Assembly: GCA_963810095.1 (NCBI GenBank)
Contig: CAWEMM010000012.1
Location: 288,001-352,000 of the forward strand
Origin: an uncultured Chloroflexia bacterium
GTDB lineage: Bacteria > Chloroflexota > Anaerolineae > CG2-30-64-16
Direction of reading: 5' to 3'
Length of the DNA stretch: 64,000 nucleotides
A program made the position numbers and the translations under genes. Below are positions 58,779 to 64,000 of the stretch, piece by piece (within the stretch, counting starts at the first letter, position 1; each line of letters begins with the position of its first letter). A model generated the notes under the pieces. It ran no database searches, was not told the origin of the DNA, and was given only the letters and a program-made list of their open reading frames with translations.

Positions 58779-61255
58779 CTATTTTAGGACGACGCGAACG
58801 CTCACTTCGCTGCCCGGTGTGGCGAACGGGACGATATCCCCGGCAAGGGGCCGGCCGTCGACGGTGAGCAGCGCATGGTTGCCCGGCCCTTCACGCTCCA
58901 CGGTAATGTGGTACGCTGCGCCCCGGCAGACCCGCTCGGCCGTGAAGCCCGACCATCAGGCGGGATGACCGGCGCGACACGGAGGCCCGCATGCTCGGGC
59001 CGGATACCCAGAATCCACTGCGTGATCGCCACGTAGTTCCACGCTGCGGTGCCGCTGAGCCACGAGTTCTTGGCCTCGCCGTGCACGCCCGCTCCTTGCG
59101 CGGGTACTGCATCGCGACCCGCAATCATCTGCGCGTACACGTAAGGCTCGCAGCGGTGCAGATCGCTGATCCCTTCCCGGGCGGAGGGGTTGATGCGCAG
59201 GTAATAGTCGAACGCGGCCGCGCCGTTGCCCAGCTTCGCCTCGCCAATCATGATCCACGGGTTCGTGTGGCAGAAGATACCAGCGTTTTCCTTGTATCCG
59301 GGGGGATACGTCGAGATTTCGCCAAGGTGCAGGTAATACTGCGAATAGGCCGGCTGCTGCAGGACGATGCCGTGAGGGGTGGCCAGGCGCTCGGCCACCG
59401 AGTCGAGGGCCTGCCGCGCTCGGCCGTCCGCCATGCCGATGCCGGCCATGACGCACATGCCCTGCGGCTCGATGAAGATCTGGCCTTCCTCGTTCCAGTG
59501 GGACCCGATGGGCCGGCTGAAGTTGTCGTAGGCCCGGCGGAACCAGGCGCCGTCCCAACCGGCCTGCTCCACAACCGCCGTCATGGTCCTCCCCGCTGCC
59601 CGATAGCCGGCGGCCTCGTCCGCCTTGCCACAAACCTCGGCCACCTGCGCCATTTCGTCGCTGGCCAGGACGAACAAGCCGGCGATGAACACGGACTCGG
59701 CAGTGATCCCGTCCTGGTTCGTGGTGGTTTGGAAGGACTCGCCCGGCGTGGTGGAAAAGCAGTTGAGGTTAAGGCAGTCGTTCCAGTCTGCCCGGCCAAT
59801 CAGGGGCAGGCGGTGCGGGCCAAGCCGTTCGAGCGTGTAGCCCATGCTGCGCTGCAAATGCTCGTAAAGCGGCATTTCGGTGCCGGGCTCGTTGTCGTAC
59901 GGGACCAGCTCGTCGAGGATCGTGAGGTCGCCGGTTTCCTTCAAGTAGGCGGCCACCCCGAGCACGAGCCAAAGCGGGTCGTCGTTGAAATTCGTGCCCA
60001 CCAGGTCGTTCCCGCGCTTGGTCAGCGGCTGGTACTGGTGATAAGCGCCGCCCGAGGGCAGCTGCGTCGCCGCCAGGTCGATGATGCGCTCGCGCGCCCG
60101 CTCGGGGATCATGTGCACGAACCCGAGTAGGTCCTGGTTCGAGTCGCGGAAGCCCATGCCGCGGCCGACGCCCGACTCATAGAAAGAGGCCGAACGCGAC
60201 ATGTTGAACGTGATCATGCATTGGTATGCGTTCCAGATGTCGACCGACCGGTTGGTGTGTTCGTCCGGTGTATGCACCTGGAACTTGCCGAGGAGTTCGT
60301 CCCAGTAGCCGCGCAGCGCCTCAAACGCAGTGCGTACGGCTTGCGGGTCAAGAAACTGCTGCAGCAGCGGCTTTACGCGGCGCTTGTTGATCGTCTGGCT
60401 GCCCGGCGGATCAAACTTATCCTCCTGCGGGTTCTCCATGTAGCCGAGCACGAAGATGACGACGCGGCTCTCGCCCGGCGCCAGCGTCAGGCGAACCCGG
60501 TGCGAGCCCACGGGCGCCCACCCGTACGCAACGGAGTTCCCGGCCGCACCCCTCTCCACAGCTTGCGGGTTATCCCAACCCCGGTACGGTCCCAGGAAGG
60601 CCTCGCGCTGCGTGTCAAACCCGGCCACGGGCTCGGAGCAGGCAAAATAGGCGAAATGATCGCGGCGCTCACGGTACTCGGTCTTGTGGTAGATGACGCC
60701 GTCATCCACCTCGACCTGGCCGGTGGAGAAGTTGCGCTGGAAGTTCGTCCCGTCGTCCCATGCGTCCCACAGGCAGAACTCGATGGCGGAAAACACGGAG
60801 AGTTCCGCGGGAGTCGCGCGCTCGTTGCTCAGCGTGAGCTGCCAGACCTCCAGGTTCTGATTCAGCGGCACAAAGTAGAGCGTCTCGGCTCGAATCCCGC
60901 CCGACTTGGAGCCAATGACCGTGTACCCCATGCCGTGGCGGCAAGTATAGTCCTCGACCGGGGTCCGCGTCGGCTGCCAGGATGGCGACCAGGCCGCGCT
61001 CTGGGTGCCGTTTGCGTCGGGCGCATCGTCGCGGATGTACAGGTAGCGTCCGCCGGTATCGAATGGGACGTTATTGTAGCGATAGCGCGTCAGCCGGCGC
61101 AGCCGGGCATCGCGATAGAAAGAATAACCGCCGGCCGTGTTAGAGATGAGACCGAAATATGCCTGGCTGCCGAGGTAGTTGATCCAGGGCAAGGGGGTGT
61201 CGGGCTGCGTGATGACGTATTCACGGCGAGCATCGTCGAAGTATCCGTAGCGCAT
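58779..61255 (-). CDS. GH94 cellobiose phosphorylase-like protein, frameshift near 58955
   Basis: MRYGYFDD, SRSASFYESGVGRGMGFRDSNQD, FNDDPLWL, GRADWNDCLNLNCFS, GYKENAGIFCH and EAKNSWLSGTAAW. Confidence 0.93.
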
Positions 61256-61392
61256 ATCTACCTCGTTTCGGTTCCTTTACGACAGACCCCAGCGCGTACC
61301 GCGATCACGAGGCGAGAAAAGCCGCGTTTCGCGCCGTGCGGCGCGTAGGTCGCATCCTCGTGCCCGGGCAAGTTCGCACTGAGCCGTCTATG

Positions 61393-62445
61393 TCATGCTG
61401 TGTAGGGTGCGAACCGTCTGGCCTGACCGCACGACTCGCGGACGACCAGTTCCGTGCCCAGCACCGTGCGCTGCCCCTGGGCCAGCGGCGGCTCGCCTTC
61501 GGGTGCGCGCAGCAAGTCGTCGATCAATACGCTCGCGGCGGTGTACCCCAGGCGGTAGATTGGCTGGCGAACGGTCGTCAGCGGCGTCTCGAGCGCCGAC
61601 GCAAGCGGGATGTCGTCGAAGCCGACCAGCGCGATGTCGTCGGGCACCCGGAGTCCCGCGGCCCGGATTGCCTTCAAGGCGCCGATCGCCATGTTGTCGC
61701 TCGCGGCAAACACAGCCTCGGGCCGGCGCGGCAAGCGCAGGAGCGCATCCATCGCCCGGCTCCCGCTCCACTCAGACCAGTCGCCCTCCTGGACAAAACT
61801 GTCGGGCGGTTCGATGTGGGCGGCGCGCAGGGCTGCCAGATAACCATCGCGGCGATCGAGCGCAGCGGTCATGCCCAGCGGTCCGGTGATGGTCGCGACG
61901 CCGGTGCAGCCAAGGCGCAGCAGGTGCTGTACGGCCACCGCGGCGCCACGCACGTTATCCACGTCCACGCTGGTCAATGCACCCGGATAGTCGGACCGCC
62001 CGACGAGCACGAACGGCATGCCCTCCTGCGTGAGTTGGGCGACGTACTTGTTATCGGTGAGCGAAGCGGCCACCACCAGGCCATCGAGATGGCCGCCGCG
62101 CACGATGCGCGTAAGGGTTTCGGATACGGTCATGACCGGAAACGAAAGGAGCATGAAGTAGCCACGCTCTTCGCAGGCGGCCGACACACCCTGGATCAGC
62201 ATGGGGAAATAGGGATCGGCGAAGACCGCACTCATGCTCTGGGGCACGACCAGGCCAATCAGCTGGCTTCGCCGGCTTGCCAGGGCGCGCGCCGCGGCAT
62301 TGGGGTGATAGTTCTGCTCGTGGATTACCTGCTGCACGCGCGCACGCGTTCCAGGATCGACGCTAGGGTGATCGTTTACGACGCGCGACACGGTGGAGCG
62401 GGACACTCCGGCCAGTTCGGCAATTTGTTCCAGGGTGGGTGACAT
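61393..62445 (-). CDS. LacI-family regulator
   Basis: TLEQIAELAGVSRSTVSRVVN, YHPNAAARAL, AVFAASDNMAIGA and VPDDIALVGFDD. Confidence 0.96.
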   Translation of the reverse strand: MSPTLEQIAELAGVSRSTVSRVVNDHPSVDPGTRARVQQVIHEQNYHPNAAARALASRRSQLIGLVVPQSMSAVFADPYFPMLIQGVSAACEERGYFMLLSFPVMTVSETLTRIVRGGHLDGLVVAASLTDNKYVAQLTQEGMPFVLVGRSDYPGALTSVDVDNVRGAAVAVQHLLRLGCTGVATITGPLGMTAALDRRDGYLAALRAAHIEPPDSFVQEGDWSEWSGSRAMDALLRLPRRPEAVFAASDNMAIGALKAIRAAGLRVPDDIALVGFDDIPLASALETPLTTVRQPIYRLGYTAASVLIDDLLRAPEGEPPLAQGQRTVLGTELVVRESCGQARRFAPYTA

Positions 62446-62546
62446 CAGATTTCACACGGTAGATAACAGCGCTCTCAGAAACAGGCACATATGAAACACA
62501 GCCGCGGCGCCAACGGCCGGCATTCTTGGCAAGCTACCAGGCAACC

Positions 62547-64000
62547 TCAGTGCGTGTACGTCTCGTAAACGGAGTGCACGCGCAGCGCCGCCCGCGCCTC
62601 TGCCAGGTCCCACCCGTCGGGCAGCGGGGCTGTGACACGGCGTGGCATTGCGGCGGGCAGATCGAAGTAATTGTCGCTCAAGACCACGTCCGCACCGGCA
62701 AAGCTGATTTCGACGAGGCGGGCGAGCGACGATGCCGCAACTTCGACGACCAGCTGCCCGTCCGCCAATGTCACTTCGCACTTGATCTGCGGGTCGACCA
62801 GCGACAGGTGTTTGGTCGGGACAAAGAACGCGGTCTGCACCGCCAACCGCCGGTCGCCCTCCCACAACTCGGCCACGAAGACCAGTTCCCGGCGGCTGTC
62901 GACGTCGAGGAAGCGGGAGAAGTCGAGCTTCGCCACCTCGGTCACGCCCTGCGGTTCCACGCTTGCAGCCTGCTCGCCCGCATCCAGCACCTTGCCGTCG
63001 AGCGTCGTCAGCGTCCAGCGCACGCGACCGCGCCACGCCTCGCGCAGGTCGCTGCTGAGAAAGACCGACTGGAACGGGGACGCGTCCTCAATCGACAGCA
63101 TGAGCGGCGCATAGAAGCGCCGGGCGGCGTAATGCAGGGCTTTCCAGCGGCCGAAGTAGTCGACGCTGGACCACGAAGCGACCGGCCAGCAGTCGTTCAA
63201 CTGCCAATAGAGCGTGCCAGCGACACGATCCGTGTGCCGGCGCCAGTGTTCCACGCCGTAGCGGATGCCCTCGGCCTGCAGCACCATGCTCAGGTACACC
63301 AGTGACTCGAAGTCCTTTGGCATCCGGAACGTGTCGAGCATCTGGCCCACCATCAGCGAGTTACCGCTGTCGTTCTTCTGGTGCTGGTCCATCACGTAGG
63401 ACGTCATGTTCCAGTCGGCCTCGGCCGCGTAGGTGCGAATGGTCTCCAGAGGCGGCAGCGCCTGGAAGCCGAACTCGCTCATGAAGCGGGGGTACTGCTT
63501 GCGGTACGCCGTGAACGGCTTGCGGCCGTGCCACACGTCCCAGTAGTGGGCGTCACCCTGCACCTGGCCGTTGGGATTCTGCGAAGGGGGTATCGGACGA
63601 AGGTGAGCTGGGCCAATACGCACGGTCGGGGTCATCCGCGGCCACCCACTCGGGCAGCGTGTGGTGGAAGAAGCGATCGTAAGCTGCCTTCAGGCCCTCG
63701 AGCTCGCGCCCGTGCCAGCCCCACTCGACCCACCCTTGCTCCATCTCGTTGTTGCCACACCACAGCGCCAGGCTCGCCCGGTGCCGCAGCCGCCGCACGT
63801 TCTCGACCACTTCGACACGCACGTTCTCGACGAACTCGGGCCTATCCAGCGGGTAGATGCTGCACGAAAAGATAAAGTCCTGCCAGACCAGAATGCCGTA
63901 GCGGTCGCACAGGTCGTAGAAGGTCTCGTCCTCGTAGAAGCCGCCGCCCCACACCCGCAGCATGTTCTGGTGCGTGTCTGCCGCGGCCCGAATCAGCCCT
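62547..64000 (-). CDS. GH2 beta-mannosidase, 5' part outside the window, frameshift near 63590
   Basis: NMLRVWGGGFYE, WQDFIF, WCGNNE (acid/base), GDAHYWDVWH, RFMSEFGFQ (nucleophile) and YWQLNDCWP. Confidence 0.93.

Noticed and set aside
673-63635. Programmed frameshifting or pseudogenes to explain isolated split genes (about 700, 5200, 18020, 26460, 31820, 48435, 49255, 53245, 57960, 58955, 63590)
   Set aside because: I saw no shared slippery motif, unrelated genes are affected and both halves stay conserved, so sequencing indels are the simpler explanation.
938-63875. Many long antisense or alternative-frame ORFs (for example 938-2029, 11483-12958, 32983-34467, 46695-47870, 61336-62442)
   Set aside because: They are shadow ORFs expected at high GC, overlap well-supported genes and have no recognisable motifs.

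Overview
High-GC bacterial chromosomal window. It most resembles Chloroflexota/Anaerolineae; this is inferred from gene repertoire, Thr/Ala-rich lipoprotein linkers, an FLPVV motif and intergenic repeat style. It is gene-dense, with no rRNA, tRNA, CRISPR array, transposase, integrase or reverse transcriptase that I can recognise. Many genes carry single-base indels, very densely between about 35 and 42.7 kb, most likely long-read consensus errors. Left part: two ABC-2 exporters, a DUF4139-type protein, a PucC/BCD transporter, threonine aldolase, a nitrilase-family protein lacking the catalytic Cys, an ATL protein, a clostripain-family peptidase, a secreted FGE-domain protein, and a tightly coupled operon (non-pyrrolysine MttB, GPH-MFS, Cys/Met PLP lyase, formyltransferase, EamA). 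Middle: repair genes, a Cys-rich LysM protein, a P2A ATPase, a Rieske oxygenase, and a TrmB regulator with a 4-Cys motif next to a secreted His-rich helical protein. Right part: three LacI-associated sugar loci (betaPGM-GH65/ABC/GH130; UroD-like/GalK variant; GH2/GH94/GH94), split LigD modules, and an unusual signalling cassette (orphan ECF sigma, orphan solute-binding lipoprotein, Cache-SpoIIE protein with degenerate metal ligands, and a membrane-GAF protein with no output domain). Several families of short palindromic repeats recur in intergenic regions. The best candidates for undescribed systems are the 50.5-56.1 kb signalling cassette, the MttB operon, the UroD-like/GalK-variant locus and the TrmB module.
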